The position numbers and the translations under genes are program-made. Source: a virus (taxonomy: Duplodnaviria; Caudoviricetes). Taken from it: 42,407 nucleotides of DNA. The notes under the pieces are model-generated. The model had not been told where the DNA came from, did not search any database, and was given only the letters and a program-made list of their open reading frames with translations. The stretch covers positions 1 to 42,407 of IMG/VR virus record IMGVR_UViG_3300021376_000125; one strand, given 5' to 3'. Shown here piece by piece: positions 8,457 through 18,507 of the stretch (positions are counted from its first letter, which is position 1; each line of letters begins with the position of its first letter).

Positions 8457-9254
8457 ATGAGTTATCTGATATATAACTGTACCGCCCCGCCTGCCGGGGG
8501 ATTGGCTGATAGATTTAAAGGGCTACTATCCTGTTACGGCTTAGCAAAAGAATTAAATAGAACGTTTTTTGTTAATTGGACGTTCCCTTACAAACTAATA
8601 ACAATCTTACAACCCAACGATATAGATTGGAGACCTAAACCAATACAGGGCTCATACAGAGAATATTTTCTAATTGACAATGACAACTTTAATCAATTTG
8701 TACCTGCGTTAAAAAATAAACAATTAAACAATATTTTTACCAATGATATTGTTTCTATAAAAACAAATATTAATTTTTTGAACTATTTTAATCTATCATT
8801 TGCTGAAACGTTTGAAAAGATATTTAAGTTTAATTATGATGGTTTAGAAAAATTTATTCAACCCAATACTTTAGGTATAAGCTGTAGATTTGGTGGCTCA
8901 CAAGCCAATTGGGCAGGAGATCCAGATTTTAATAAAATTGTATCGTATGATTATGTGTATGAAGAAATTTTAAGAATAAAAAATGAAACTAAAACTGATA
9001 ATATTTTTATTTGTTCAGACAGTAAAGAATTTTTAGATTTTTGTTCAGAAAATAAATTGAAATTTATTACTACTGAAGGTAGTTCTGAACATATAGATAG
9101 GTTGGGCTGTTCATTTGATGGGTTTAAAAAAAGTTTTATTGACTTTTTTATATTGAGAGAATGTGCGGCTATTGTCACGTTAAAAGGTGAATTCGCAAAA
9201 ACTGCAGCTTTATCTAAAAATAAACCAGTTATTGAAATAACTGGGACTATATAA
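8457..9254 (+). CDS. fucosyltransferase-like protein (NodZ/GT23/O-FucT-like GT-B)
   Basis: GGLADRFKGL, ISCRFG, IFICSDS, DFFILREC resemble FucT motifs I-III. Confidence 0.6.
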   Translation: MSYLIYNCTAPPAGGLADRFKGLLSCYGLAKELNRTFFVNWTFPYKLITILQPNDIDWRPKPIQGSYREYFLIDNDNFNQFVPALKNKQLNNIFTNDIVSIKTNINFLNYFNLSFAETFEKIFKFNYDGLEKFIQPNTLGISCRFGGSQANWAGDPDFNKIVSYDYVYEEILRIKNETKTDNIFICSDSKEFLDFCSENKLKFITTEGSSEHIDRLGCSFDGFKKSFIDFFILRECAAIVTLKGEFAKTAALSKNKPVIEITGTI

Positions 9255-9257
9255 TAT

Positions 9258-9488
9258 ATGGCCGCGGCTAAAATAGCATCAGGTGCAAATAGACGTAATT
9301 CTCATAATAGAATAAGAGTATTAATTGTTAATGGTGAGAGAAAAACAATACACCCAATATGGTACCATGGTTCAAGATCTGGTCACGGTAATTACATGGC
9401 TGGCTATTATGATAATAATATCATAGTGGAAGATAAAGACGGCCGTCCAATTCCTTTTAGACAAGTCGGTAACTTAATAAACAGTTGA
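9258..9488 (+). CDS. hypothetical protein
   Basis: 76 aa ORF filling the gap before the tRNA. Confidence 0.65.
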   Translation: MAAAKIASGANRRNSHNRIRVLIVNGERKTIHPIWYHGSRSGHGNYMAGYYDNNIIVEDKDGRPIPFRQVGNLINS

Positions 9489-9506
9489 TATTCATTATTT
9501 TTCCTT

Positions 9507-9514
9507 TATAAATA
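9507..9514 (+). promoter_or_regulatory. T4-type late promoter for tRNA/tmRNA
   Basis: Exact TATAAATA 4 nt before the tRNA. Confidence 0.65.
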
Positions 9515-9518
9515 ATAT

Positions 9519-9592
9519 AGCGGGGTAGAGAAGTCTGGTAACTCGTGACGCTCATAACGTCAAGATCGCTGGTTCAAATCCAGCCTCCGCCA
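9519..9592 (+). tRNA. tRNA-Met(CAT), initiator-like; CCA not encoded
   Basis: Cloverleaf: GCGGGG/CTCCGC acceptor with A1xC72 mismatch, TGACG-CTCATAA-CGTCA anticodon arm, GCTGG-TTCAAAT-CCAGC T arm. Confidence 0.93.
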
Positions 9593-9605
9593 AGTTCTTT
9601 CACAT

Positions 9606-10007
9606 GGGGCTGAATGGATTCGATTGAATATTGTAATTCATGAAAGCAAGCACCGGGGCATGCCGGTTAACAATAGCAAACCTATAAATGCCGAAGACAA
9701 CTTCGACATGGCGATGAGTCTCAAAGAGGCTGATGCAATTCTTGCTCAGCATGGCTTTGTAGATGCAGAAGCCGAACTCGAGCTAGTTTAATGCTCGATC
9801 GTCTTATTGTAGATTGAGATTGGTAAGGTAAGACGTGTTACAAATCTCTGACTTGGTGTGTTATAGTAATTACCTGCCAAGCGTATAAAATTACTATATA
9901 TAGTATGTTTTGCTTAGTTCAATGTACTATGAAGCTCAACTAAGATAAGCTTGTAGTGTTTATGAATGAAAGTATTTAAGACCTGGGTTCAACTCCCAGC
10001 AGCTCCA
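9606..10007 (+). ncRNA. ssrA: tmRNA
   Basis: 5' GGGGCTGAATGGATTCGA; 3' CTGGG-TTCAACT-CCCAG-CAGCTCCA; G3:U pair; helix-2 pairings CAAGC/GCTTG and ATTCATGAA/TTTATGAAT; tag ORF 9690-9791. Confidence 0.92.
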
Positions 10008-10969
10008 TGATTCATTTTTGAAACCCACTCGTAAGTAATCTTAAGACCGTCAACTAATTTTTGTGTCGGTGACCAGCCTAATTTTTCTTTAATTAATTTA
10101 TTATCTGAACACCTACCTCTTACCCCCGTCGGCCCTTTGATATGTTTTTTTACTAATTTCTTCCCAGCTATCTCGCTAACAATATCTACAAGCTGATTAA
10201 TAGTAACTATTTCTTCTGATCCTATATTTACAGGCCCGTTAAAATCGGATTCCATTAATCTATCTACAGCTTCTAAACATTCATCTATGTAAAGAAAGCT
10301 TCTGGTCTGCTCACCATCACCCCAAATTTCAATTTCACCGCCATCAACAGCTTGTGCTACTTTTCTGCAAATTGCAGCAGGAGCTTTTTCCTTACCATTA
10401 TTCCATGATCCTCTTGGACCGTAAATGTTATGAAATCGTGCAACCTTACTATTAAGATCATAATTTCTGTTATACGATAAATATAGACGTTCACTAAAAA
10501 GTTTTTCCCAACCGTATTCACTATCTGGGTTTGCCGGGTATGCAGAACTTTCTTCACAATTTGGATTATTTGGATCTAATTGATTGTGCTCAGGATACAT
10601 GCAAGCACTACTACTATAAAAAATATCTTTTATATCATACTCACGGCACGCATCAACAATATTTAAATTGATAGTAGCTGAATTATGCATAACATCCGCA
10701 TCATGTTCACCAGTAAAGATATAACCCGCTCCACCCATATCGGCTGCAAGCTGGTAAACTACATCTACCGGTTTTTTGTAATCATAAAGCAACGACTTAA
10801 TACCAGCCTGGTTTCTTAAATCTGCAACAACAAAATCATCTGCGTCCGTTTTATTATATTCAGGCTCTTTAATATCAACGCCCCTTACCCAATAGCCCCT
10901 AGTCTTTAGCCGCGTTACTAGGTGATTACCTATAAAACCACCTGCACCACAAACAAGAACTCTTTTCAT
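9989..10969 (-). CDS. GDP-mannose 3,5-epimerase-like NAD-dependent epimerase
   Basis: GAGGFIG, LAADMGGAGYI, YSSSACMYP, YGWEK, GKEKAPAAICRK, GVRGR. Confidence 0.88.
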   Translation of the reverse strand: MKRVLVCGAGGFIGNHLVTRLKTRGYWVRGVDIKEPEYNKTDADDFVVADLRNQAGIKSLLYDYKKPVDVVYQLAADMGGAGYIFTGEHDADVMHNSATINLNIVDACREYDIKDIFYSSSACMYPEHNQLDPNNPNCEESSAYPANPDSEYGWEKLFSERLYLSYNRNYDLNSKVARFHNIYGPRGSWNNGKEKAPAAICRKVAQAVDGGEIEIWGDGEQTRSFLYIDECLEAVDRLMESDFNGPVNIGSEEIVTINQLVDIVSEIAGKKLVKKHIKGPTGVRGRCSDNKLIKEKLGWSPTQKLVDGLKITYEWVSKMNHGAAGS

Positions 10970-10997
10970 TTAGTATATATTACTATTTAATTTAGTA

Positions 10998-11936
10998 TCA
11001 AGATTTGAATTGATCTCTAAAAATAGCCAAAAATTCGCGGGTTTTTTCCGGTACAAAACTACAATCATAATTACAATTGGACAAAACAAAGCTATATGTA
11101 TTACGATAACCTATCACTTCCTTCTCGAGATTAGTAATTAAATCTTGTTTGTTGCGATCCTGATACACGGATGCTGGTGTGTAAATTAAATTGTTTTTAA
11201 ATATGGTTTGCACGTGATACCCAGCCCAAATATCGTCCATCCTTCCTACATAAGGAAGAACCGGGTAATGAGGCATTACCTCTCTCGATATAAATGTATT
11301 TTGACTGTTAAAGGGGGATATTCTATTACCACAATAAGGGTGTGTTGTATCAAACTTTACTAAAGGCATATGAGACAGACGCGCAATTGCATCTACATCC
11401 GGATCTCCATCCCAAAGGTCAGCTTGTATTAATACTTTTCTCTTTATTTTACCTGCATATGTTATTTTGTTTTTATAAGGCACTATTTCTATAGGGACGC
11501 CTCGATGCCATAAATGGTTATGATTTGTAACAGATAGAGGGTCAAAAACAAGATATTCTGTAGTATAATAATCACAATCTATCTCTTGACCAATGTATAA
11601 ATTTTGACCCCAATGGTTATACGGTATATTATCATCATCTACCGTTGCCATAATATCTGCACCTAAACGATAAGCATGAACAAAACCTATATTTCTACGC
11701 TGAATGGTTTTCCACCCAATAATATTGCTCAATTCGGGATAGAGCTTTTCTTGTGTATTCGGATGAAGATAAGATACCTTTTTGTATTCTTTCTCTAATT
11801 TATAATACAAATCGTGAGGAGTTTTTGTGTCACCTACAATAATAAACTGCCAATTTCTAGTACGCGCTATTTCACAAAATTTTAATGTTGCAAGAGTCGG
11901 CTCATTAACAGTTGTGGTAACAATAATTTTTTTCAT
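10998..11936 (-). CDS. STELLO/GT75-like glycosyltransferase
   Basis: IVTTTVNEPT, IVGDTKTP, RRNIGF, VDDDN, GDPDVDAI, PFNSQNT, RMDDIW. Confidence 0.7.
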   Translation of the reverse strand: MKKIIVTTTVNEPTLATLKFCEIARTRNWQFIIVGDTKTPHDLYYKLEKEYKKVSYLHPNTQEKLYPELSNIIGWKTIQRRNIGFVHAYRLGADIMATVDDDNIPYNHWGQNLYIGQEIDCDYYTTEYLVFDPLSVTNHNHLWHRGVPIEIVPYKNKITYAGKIKRKVLIQADLWDGDPDVDAIARLSHMPLVKFDTTHPYCGNRISPFNSQNTFISREVMPHYPVLPYVGRMDDIWAGYHVQTIFKNNLIYTPASVYQDRNKQDLITNLEKEVIGYRNTYSFVLSNCNYDCSFVPEKTREFLAIFRDQFKS

Positions 11937-11994
11937 AGAAATTATAGAAGGATATTATAATGATATTGAATAAGGCATTTAAAATTATCAAGTT

Positions 11995-12816
11995 TTAAAT
12001 ATCCCCTAACGTTCCCCAGCTTTCAGTATTGGTTGAATGTATAAAGTTATTAACATATTTTACTCTATCATTAACTGGCAAGGCTTCGCCTGGCTCTCTA
12101 AATGACTGATTACTATGATCTAAATGGTAGACGCCGACATCTAGTTCAGCTGTTTTTTTTCCTATTAAAATAGGACGCTTCATTAAATTAGAATCTGCAT
12201 AAGATCTACCGTACATCTCTTCTTCAAACCCTCTCATATGATTCCACAATGTTTTATGGGCAAGCTGAAAATCACCACATCCCACCGCTATGGACCATAT
12301 ATCACCAGAATCCCATAATGCTTGCCCACCGTGGGATGCATACACCGCTCGATGTAATGTTTCTTTTTCTAGCAATACCATATCAAACGTAAAATCCGCA
12401 CATTCATATTTTTCCTTTGATATATGGCGTTTTCTTACTGTATATAGAGTGTCTAGATCTAACGTATTTTCATTAAAAGGTTCAGCTAAAATATCTATAT
12501 TTGTGGAACATATCCAATCATTATTATCACTTATAGCTTGCCTTATACCAATATTTCGACCTATACTCTCTACTATCGGGTAATTTATAAGATGGGGAAA
12601 TTTTTTATTAATAATATCTTTAGTTACTTTTATATCAATTACATTATCTTTTTTATAATTCATAGATTCGAGTAATGTAATATTATTAACACTCTTCCAA
12701 TCAACCACATATACTTTATCAAATACAGTTGATAAATTATTCAAACATAGCTTTGCTCTATAATGTAAATTACCACCATAGTTGTCATTCCTACATACAA
12801 TTGCAGCAGCTTTCAT
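11995..12816 (-). CDS. GT-A fold glycosyltransferase-like protein
   Basis: RNDNYGG, VVDW, RNIGIR, TNIDIL, GDFQL, GFEE, YHLDH. Confidence 0.7.
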   Translation of the reverse strand: MKAAAIVCRNDNYGGNLHYRAKLCLNNLSTVFDKVYVVDWKSVNNITLLESMNYKKDNVIDIKVTKDIINKKFPHLINYPIVESIGRNIGIRQAISDNNDWICSTNIDILAEPFNENTLDLDTLYTVRKRHISKEKYECADFTFDMVLLEKETLHRAVYASHGGQALWDSGDIWSIAVGCGDFQLAHKTLWNHMRGFEEEMYGRSYADSNLMKRPILIGKKTAELDVGVYHLDHSNQSFREPGEALPVNDRVKYVNNFIHSTNTESWGTLGDI

Positions 12817-13553
12817 TATAAACGAGTTATGCTTTCACACCCTACATGTTTTATTGGTTTCTTATAAATTGACGAAAATTCTTTACAATTTGAACTTGTT
12901 GAGGGTGATCTATGATACATTACATAATCTGTTTCATTTGTGTTTAATTTTTCAATTATATATGATATGCATGTTTCCATGGTATAAAATGCAGTAGCGT
13001 TTTCTAACACTTTTGACCAATCAAATATAGTAAATGTGGAATATTCTTTTATTTCTATCTGTCTAAGTGTAGACGGTACTTCAAATTGCCAACTACTCTC
13101 GTCTCCAGGCCCCCCTATCTGTCTGTTAACTACTATATATTTTTCATTTTGGCTAAGCTTTAAAAGTTTAAATAGATCATCCTCTCTGTTTAAATTTCGG
13201 TTAAAATTAAAATAGGTTAACCAGTCTTCATGACCTAAGCCTGCCAACCTGTACTTGCTTAACATAACACCAGCCGCTTCGCCTAACTCCTTACACCCAT
13301 CAGTCGAAAGAACAATACAATCTTGTTCTAAAATCTCTCCTTTACCACATGCTACATATGTAGACTTGTAATCAAAATCGCCATCTACATCTACATATTC
13401 AACTGAGTTAGTCAAATAACTTTTTATATAAAGATACTTTAATATTACTGGCCATATTACCCTATGACCACAGCTCACCAGCTTATTAGCTATTTTTTGA
13501 CAAAAAAAGATATCGCCCAACCCTTTTGGCTGTTTAATTAATACCGTCTTCAC
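12816..13553 (-). CDS. GT-B-like (GT9-related) protein
   Basis: N-terminal QPKGLGDIFF motif; glycosylation context. Confidence 0.55.
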   Translation of the reverse strand: MKTVLIKQPKGLGDIFFCQKIANKLVSCGHRVIWPVILKYLYIKSYLTNSVEYVDVDGDFDYKSTYVACGKGEILEQDCIVLSTDGCKELGEAAGVMLSKYRLAGLGHEDWLTYFNFNRNLNREDDLFKLLKLSQNEKYIVVNRQIGGPGDESSWQFEVPSTLRQIEIKEYSTFTIFDWSKVLENATAFYTMETCISYIIEKLNTNETDYVMYHRSPSTSSNCKEFSSIYKKPIKHVGCESITRL

Positions 13554-14305
13554 GCTGTTCTCCCAACGGGACCCAGACTAGCATATGGTATAGGTTGCCT
13601 CCACCAAACTCTGTCAAAACTCTTGTCTGTTAAAATTTCCTTATCAAGAGTAATCAATTTTTCTTCAATTTCCGGACCTGGGTAATGTATAACATGTTTT
13701 TCATCTTTGTGACAAAAATCTAATACAGGTTGAGGAATTTGATTTATGGGTATATTATTTGCTTTCAAATAAGCCGCCATTCTTGTTTCAGAGTTTCCGT
13801 TTGCATTGTAAAATTCATTACTACCATAAAAGTTTGCATATACACTCATTACTTCTTTAGAACCAAACCCAATTCTGTCACAAACCCCACCGAAGCTTAA
13901 TTTTTCCGGCAAGTATAATAAATTTTTATAAAAGTTATCCCAATTAAACGATGATCTACCTACCGGGTAAATATCTGCTCTGATTCTCATATATGCGTCA
14001 AATTCTTGAGAAAAATTAAACGCAAGCTCTAAAGATTTTTTTGAATTATACCATTGCCAGCTAAAATATTCTAATGGACAGCCATAGCCAGCCGGGTTTA
14101 TAGGTAAAATTGTTTTCTGTGTTTGCTCTTCGTACTCAAAAATAATATCTTTACAGATATCGCCAACGTGATACTTTGCTTTTGGACCGTAAAAAAAATA
14201 AGTAGGCTCAACATTCCACGCATCAATAAAATGGGTTTTTATTTTTGGAAAACAAGCATCAAAACCTCTCAATGTACCTGAAAAACAAATTGCAACTTTA
14301 ACCAT
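13550..14305 (-). CDS. putative glycosyltransferase-like protein
   Basis: VAICFSGTLR, RIRAD, DRIGFGS motifs seen in viral glyco-island proteins. Confidence 0.55.
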   Translation of the reverse strand: MVKVAICFSGTLRGFDACFPKIKTHFIDAWNVEPTYFFYGPKAKYHVGDICKDIIFEYEEQTQKTILPINPAGYGCPLEYFSWQWYNSKKSLELAFNFSQEFDAYMRIRADIYPVGRSSFNWDNFYKNLLYLPEKLSFGGVCDRIGFGSKEVMSVYANFYGSNEFYNANGNSETRMAAYLKANNIPINQIPQPVLDFCHKDEKHVIHYPGPEIEEKLITLDKEILTDKSFDRVWWRQPIPYASLGPVGRTA

Positions 14306-14323
14306 ATGTTATTATATCTAACA

Positions 14324-15286
14324 TTATAATTTTGCAATAAAAATATCATTAAATTGTCGCATAACTGCTTGTGGTGTAAACTCTTTATACGCATTCCAAT
14401 CTTTATTAGTATCTATAACAAATTTATTCAAAATACTATAGAGAGCTTCTTTGTTATTATAATATATGCCCTTATCCCCTAATGTAATAATATGGTTTCG
14501 CTCAGGCGAACCTTCAAATGTAATTACCGGCTTATTACAAAACGAAAACTCACCTACTGCAGCGCCAAATGATTCACCTTCATTACGAGCATGTATCATC
14601 GCATCACACGTATTAATAAATCTTCGCTTAGTTTTTAAATCTGCAAACGGTTCAATAAATAGTGCTCTTTCATGTGATATGAACCTATCTGTATTTGCAA
14701 ATAAAAAATAATAATTTGATTTTTGCTTTAAAATTTGTTCTACAACGTCATTTACAAATGGTATATTCCAACCATATGGTCCACCAATACGACCAAAAAC
14801 TACCGCATCTTTTGGTATTTTGAGCTGCTCTCTAAAAGATTCTTCTATTGAAGGCAGGTCAATGATGTATGGAACAAAGGGAAGTTCATTATTACTGCAA
14901 TGCTCACTTAACCACTTACTTACATATGCGTAAACTGTGCCATGCGGGTCACGCTGCACACCTACAACATGTATAAAGGTCGGAATACTATCAATAAACC
15001 TGCCATCATCATGACGACCACATTTCTGAATATACAGAGCGTCTATCTCTCTCTCTTTGCATGCCTGTGTTAATAGGGCCATATTCTCTCTCCCCTCCAG
15101 CTCAACCACTTCTACTGCATCTTTAAATTTTTTTTCTGCTAATGGGTGTGTTCTATGATCATTTTTGTCACAAAACATGATTGATTTGTTTTTTAATACC
15201 AGTTCGTTATAGAATGCATAATCAAAATAACTCACACCTGTGCCCTGAATATCTAAATGTGGTTGATAAAAACCTATACGTTTCAT
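14324..15286 (-). CDS. GT4-like glycosyltransferase
   Basis: FGRIGG, CDAMIHARNEGESFGAAVGE (EX7E motif). Confidence 0.8.
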   Translation of the reverse strand: MKRIGFYQPHLDIQGTGVSYFDYAFYNELVLKNKSIMFCDKNDHRTHPLAEKKFKDAVEVVELEGRENMALLTQACKEREIDALYIQKCGRHDDGRFIDSIPTFIHVVGVQRDPHGTVYAYVSKWLSEHCSNNELPFVPYIIDLPSIEESFREQLKIPKDAVVFGRIGGPYGWNIPFVNDVVEQILKQKSNYYFLFANTDRFISHERALFIEPFADLKTKRRFINTCDAMIHARNEGESFGAAVGEFSFCNKPVITFEGSPERNHIITLGDKGIYYNNKEALYSILNKFVIDTNKDWNAYKEFTPQAVMRQFNDIFIAKL

Positions 15287-16218
15287 AAATTTAATTTTTT
15301 TTCAATTTTTTCAAGCATTATTTGCGGAGAAAAATCTCTATATATCGCTTCAAGCTTAAGAGGGTTTTCTAAAACTGTTTGTGCATATCTGTCTCTATCT
15401 TCCGCCAAAGAACATATAGCTGCAACATACTTTTCCATTGTATTATAATCTTTTAAATACAGATAGCTTTTTTCATTAAAATATTCTTTTACTCTTTCTC
15501 CACCATTGTATAGCGGGATGCAACCAGCCTCAAACGGTTCAATAATTTTTTCTGTAACATATCCTGAGTGATAGCAGTTTTCAAAAGCTATATTGAATTT
15601 ATAATCATGAAGTAAAAATACTTTATCTTGCTGAGTACCCCGTAGTGTTTTACCGGTATTATTATGTAAGGTACCATAACTATCAACCTGTATTTTTTGT
15701 TGCAATAAATTAAACAGCTGTAGCCTGTCTTCTATTGGATTATTATTAAGGAACAAACAAAATTTTCTATTTGTCAAAAAGCGTTCTCTATTTTTAGTAA
15801 TTTTATCTAATGTTATACTGTAACACGGGTTGCTTGGAAGCGAGCGAGGCTGTGACTTATTAAACCAATTAGTATGGAGAACCCATAATGGCATAAAAAT
15901 TTCTTTTTGTTCATCTGTATAATGGGAGAGAGTTATAGTAGAATCATTATAGTGTGACAAATGCGTTTTTGAGCGAGTCTTGTGTTCACCAGAGAATAAA
16001 ATTTTCTTACAGTTGTATTGGGTGTAGCTATTACCAAAAACGCTATATAGGAGTAAATCAGGGTTTGCTTGATCAATAACAACGTTATATTTCAGACCAA
16101 ACAAGTCAGTAAAATAATTGTCATGGGGATTAAATTCATAAGATAAATCTCCTGCAGACGATCTGTCCACATACCCCCACATGTCCGCAAAAGCTATTTT
16201 TAGGGTCAATTTCAACAC
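15283..16218 (-). CDS. GT10 alpha-1,3-fucosyltransferase-like
   Basis: YKFNIAFENCYHSGYVTEKIIEPFEAGCIPLYNG is the GT10 signature. Confidence 0.88.
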   Translation of the reverse strand: MLKLTLKIAFADMWGYVDRSSAGDLSYEFNPHDNYFTDLFGLKYNVVIDQANPDLLLYSVFGNSYTQYNCKKILFSGEHKTRSKTHLSHYNDSTITLSHYTDEQKEIFMPLWVLHTNWFNKSQPRSLPSNPCYSITLDKITKNRERFLTNRKFCLFLNNNPIEDRLQLFNLLQQKIQVDSYGTLHNNTGKTLRGTQQDKVFLLHDYKFNIAFENCYHSGYVTEKIIEPFEAGCIPLYNGGERVKEYFNEKSYLYLKDYNTMEKYVAAICSLAEDRDRYAQTVLENPLKLEAIYRDFSPQIMLEKIEKKLNL

Positions 16219-16283
16219 ATTATTATATTACTACCTCTTCAAAAAACTATGTTGAAAATTATAGACTTATATTATACTAATGT

Positions 16284-16880
16284 ATGAAGTTTTTTTGTCT
16301 TCATCACCCTTTACTCACTAAACGTTATGCTGAATTGAATAAGCGTTTTTTTGAATTAGAGATTAATGTTGAATGGGTTACAGGTTTTTTTCCAGATGAG
16401 CTAACTCTGCCATCAATGCACACTTTTAAAAATATTAACGAATATTCCTTGTACAAAAAACACGAATATTGTATTGCTAAGCAGGTTGATCATGCTTCTC
16501 CCTATGTATGCATATTAGAGGATGATGTGATATTGCCCGATGATTTTGTTCAGTTTATAGCAAATTGTATAACCGAGTTTGAAGGTGTTAGTGGTGATAT
16601 ATTGTTTCCTGGATCATGTTGCGGCATATCTGTCACAGATACAATACCAAATAAAACAGTATACTATCATCCAGATTATTTGTCAAGATGTGCACACTGT
16701 TATATATTGCCCCTTAAAACATCAAAATTGATTGTTAAAGACTACCAAGAAAACTTTGAAGCTGCTGATTTTAAGCTGAACACTCTCATTAAAAAATATA
16801 ATTTAAGATGTTGCCACACAGAGCCAAGTATAAAACAGCGTACAAATGAACACCTATTGCCTTCCACTGTGCAGATATGA
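16284..16880 (+). CDS. GT25-like glycosyltransferase
   Basis: KH...CILEDDV, CAHCYIL, AAD motifs. Confidence 0.7.
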   Translation: MKFFCLHHPLLTKRYAELNKRFFELEINVEWVTGFFPDELTLPSMHTFKNINEYSLYKKHEYCIAKQVDHASPYVCILEDDVILPDDFVQFIANCITEFEGVSGDILFPGSCCGISVTDTIPNKTVYYHPDYLSRCAHCYILPLKTSKLIVKDYQENFEAADFKLNTLIKKYNLRCCHTEPSIKQRTNEHLLPSTVQI

Positions 16881-17755
16881 ATAAACCATTTATTTTCTTT
16901 AATCACAGTGGCATAGGAGACGTAATTCTAACTAAACCATTTTGTAAACAAATTAAAGAATTATTAAATATTGAAAACATTTTTTATGCGCACAAACACG
17001 ATGTTAAAATAACTGCTGACCTGTGTGATTATTTTAGTATTGACAACATACCTGTTAACGCTCATGACACGGTAGTTCAAACAAAAGACGCAACGTATTT
17101 CAACACTTTCTTTGCGTTTAACTCTAACATAGCTTCTGTTTCAAATAAAGATACATCCCGGTGTTATTACGAATTTCTTTTGGATGGTTTTAACTATAAT
17201 TTAAAACTTTTTAGGGTTACTATCGATAATAATGTCGATAAATTAATGCTCGCCCCCTCTGCAATTAGTCACAACAGACTAACGAATTTATTTCCTAGTC
17301 TAATTAATGAAAAATTGATCAAGGTTCTTATATACAATCAAGCAACTTTTGCTGGTCAGTCTGATAATGTAGGCATGCAAACTCTTATAAGTTCAGTTGC
17401 TAAGCGTCATCCGGGTGTAGTGTTTTTAATTTCTCAGGACTACAACGATGAGTTACAAAATACAATTAATATTAGAAAAAAACTTTTTAAAACAAAAAAT
17501 AATTTACAAGAACTTTCTACTATTAGTAAATTTTGTAATATTATAACCGGTCCTGCAAACGGTCCATTGTTCGCTTCCTGGATTAGACCTAATATTTGCA
17601 ATAATCGTAAAACTTATATAACAACTATTACCCCTGACCTAGACAAGGGAAGAACACAATACTACGCAGGTCAAAGATCTAAAAATATTATTGCCACATC
17701 TACTATAGAAATGTTTAATCAACTTGATAATGTACTCGCCATTAGTTCAGTATAA
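16877..17755 (+). CDS. putative GT-B glycosyltransferase-like protein
   Basis: HSGIGDVI N-terminal motif, IITGPANGP. Confidence 0.5.
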   Translation: MNKPFIFFNHSGIGDVILTKPFCKQIKELLNIENIFYAHKHDVKITADLCDYFSIDNIPVNAHDTVVQTKDATYFNTFFAFNSNIASVSNKDTSRCYYEFLLDGFNYNLKLFRVTIDNNVDKLMLAPSAISHNRLTNLFPSLINEKLIKVLIYNQATFAGQSDNVGMQTLISSVAKRHPGVVFLISQDYNDELQNTINIRKKLFKTKNNLQELSTISKFCNIITGPANGPLFASWIRPNICNNRKTYITTITPDLDKGRTQYYAGQRSKNIIATSTIEMFNQLDNVLAISSV

Positions 17756-18507
17756 TGGTTAAAAGTAGACTTTAATTTGCTTTGTTTAGTAATTTTTTCG
17801 TAATTATTCATTAGGAAATCTTCTGTTACTTGATCCCAACTGTCTACAAACAAAATAGGACTATCTTTAAAATACACCAGAGGTACACTTTTCAGACAAA
17901 CAGGTATAGTTCCTAAGTAAATGGACTCCCATATTCTATGACAATCGACGCTATTACCAGGAGGCGAGATTATAAATTTATGCTTCGCAACAATTTCTAA
18001 ATATTGCTTAAATGAATGCTTAGTAAAGTCTTTGGTTATAAACGGTTTGTTATTTAAGACCTGTAATGCAGCAGTTCTCTCAGAAGTATTGGTGCTAATA
18101 TCATAATTACAATATATTAACTCGTTCTTTATACTATTCATATTAGCCACACCAACAATTGTTTCTTTATTACCATGTGGCCATTCTTCATTTGCCATTC
18201 CTATCGGTATGGGTTGAAGCTTAGGATGAATTGCATGACAATTCATACCAAACCATTTTAATAAATAAAAATTATCCAATATGTCCCTGTAATTACCTGG
18301 CACTGCAAAATCCGATTCATGGGTAATAAGAACAAACGGAAAATTTATTTTAGGCAAAATATTTGAAACAAAAAAATCTAAATAATCAGTCTTAATAAAA
18401 AAAGTATTATTTTCTTTTTTTATATCTATAAAAGTCTTCTTACGTGAAATATAGTTGTTAGCTAGAGATAGAAACTTATCAGAAGTTATAATGCTTGCTG
18501 TGTTCAT
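17719..18507 (-). CDS. exostosin/GT47-like protein
   Basis: KFIISPPGNSVDCHRIWESIYLGTIPV. Confidence 0.75.
   Translation of the reverse strand: MNTASIITSDKFLSLANNYISRKKTFIDIKKENNTFFIKTDYLDFFVSNILPKINFPFVLITHESDFAVPGNYRDILDNFYLLKWFGMNCHAIHPKLQPIPIGMANEEWPHGNKETIVGVANMNSIKNELIYCNYDISTNTSERTAALQVLNNKPFITKDFTKHSFKQYLEIVAKHKFIISPPGNSVDCHRIWESIYLGTIPVCLKSVPLVYFKDSPILFVDSWDQVTEDFLMNNYEKITKQSKLKSTFNHYTELMASTLSS

Noticed and set aside
9676-9687. Alternative tmRNA tag ANL*
   Set aside because: Upstream context fits the resume consensus less well than ATAAAT-GCC and the tag would be implausibly short; not fully excluded
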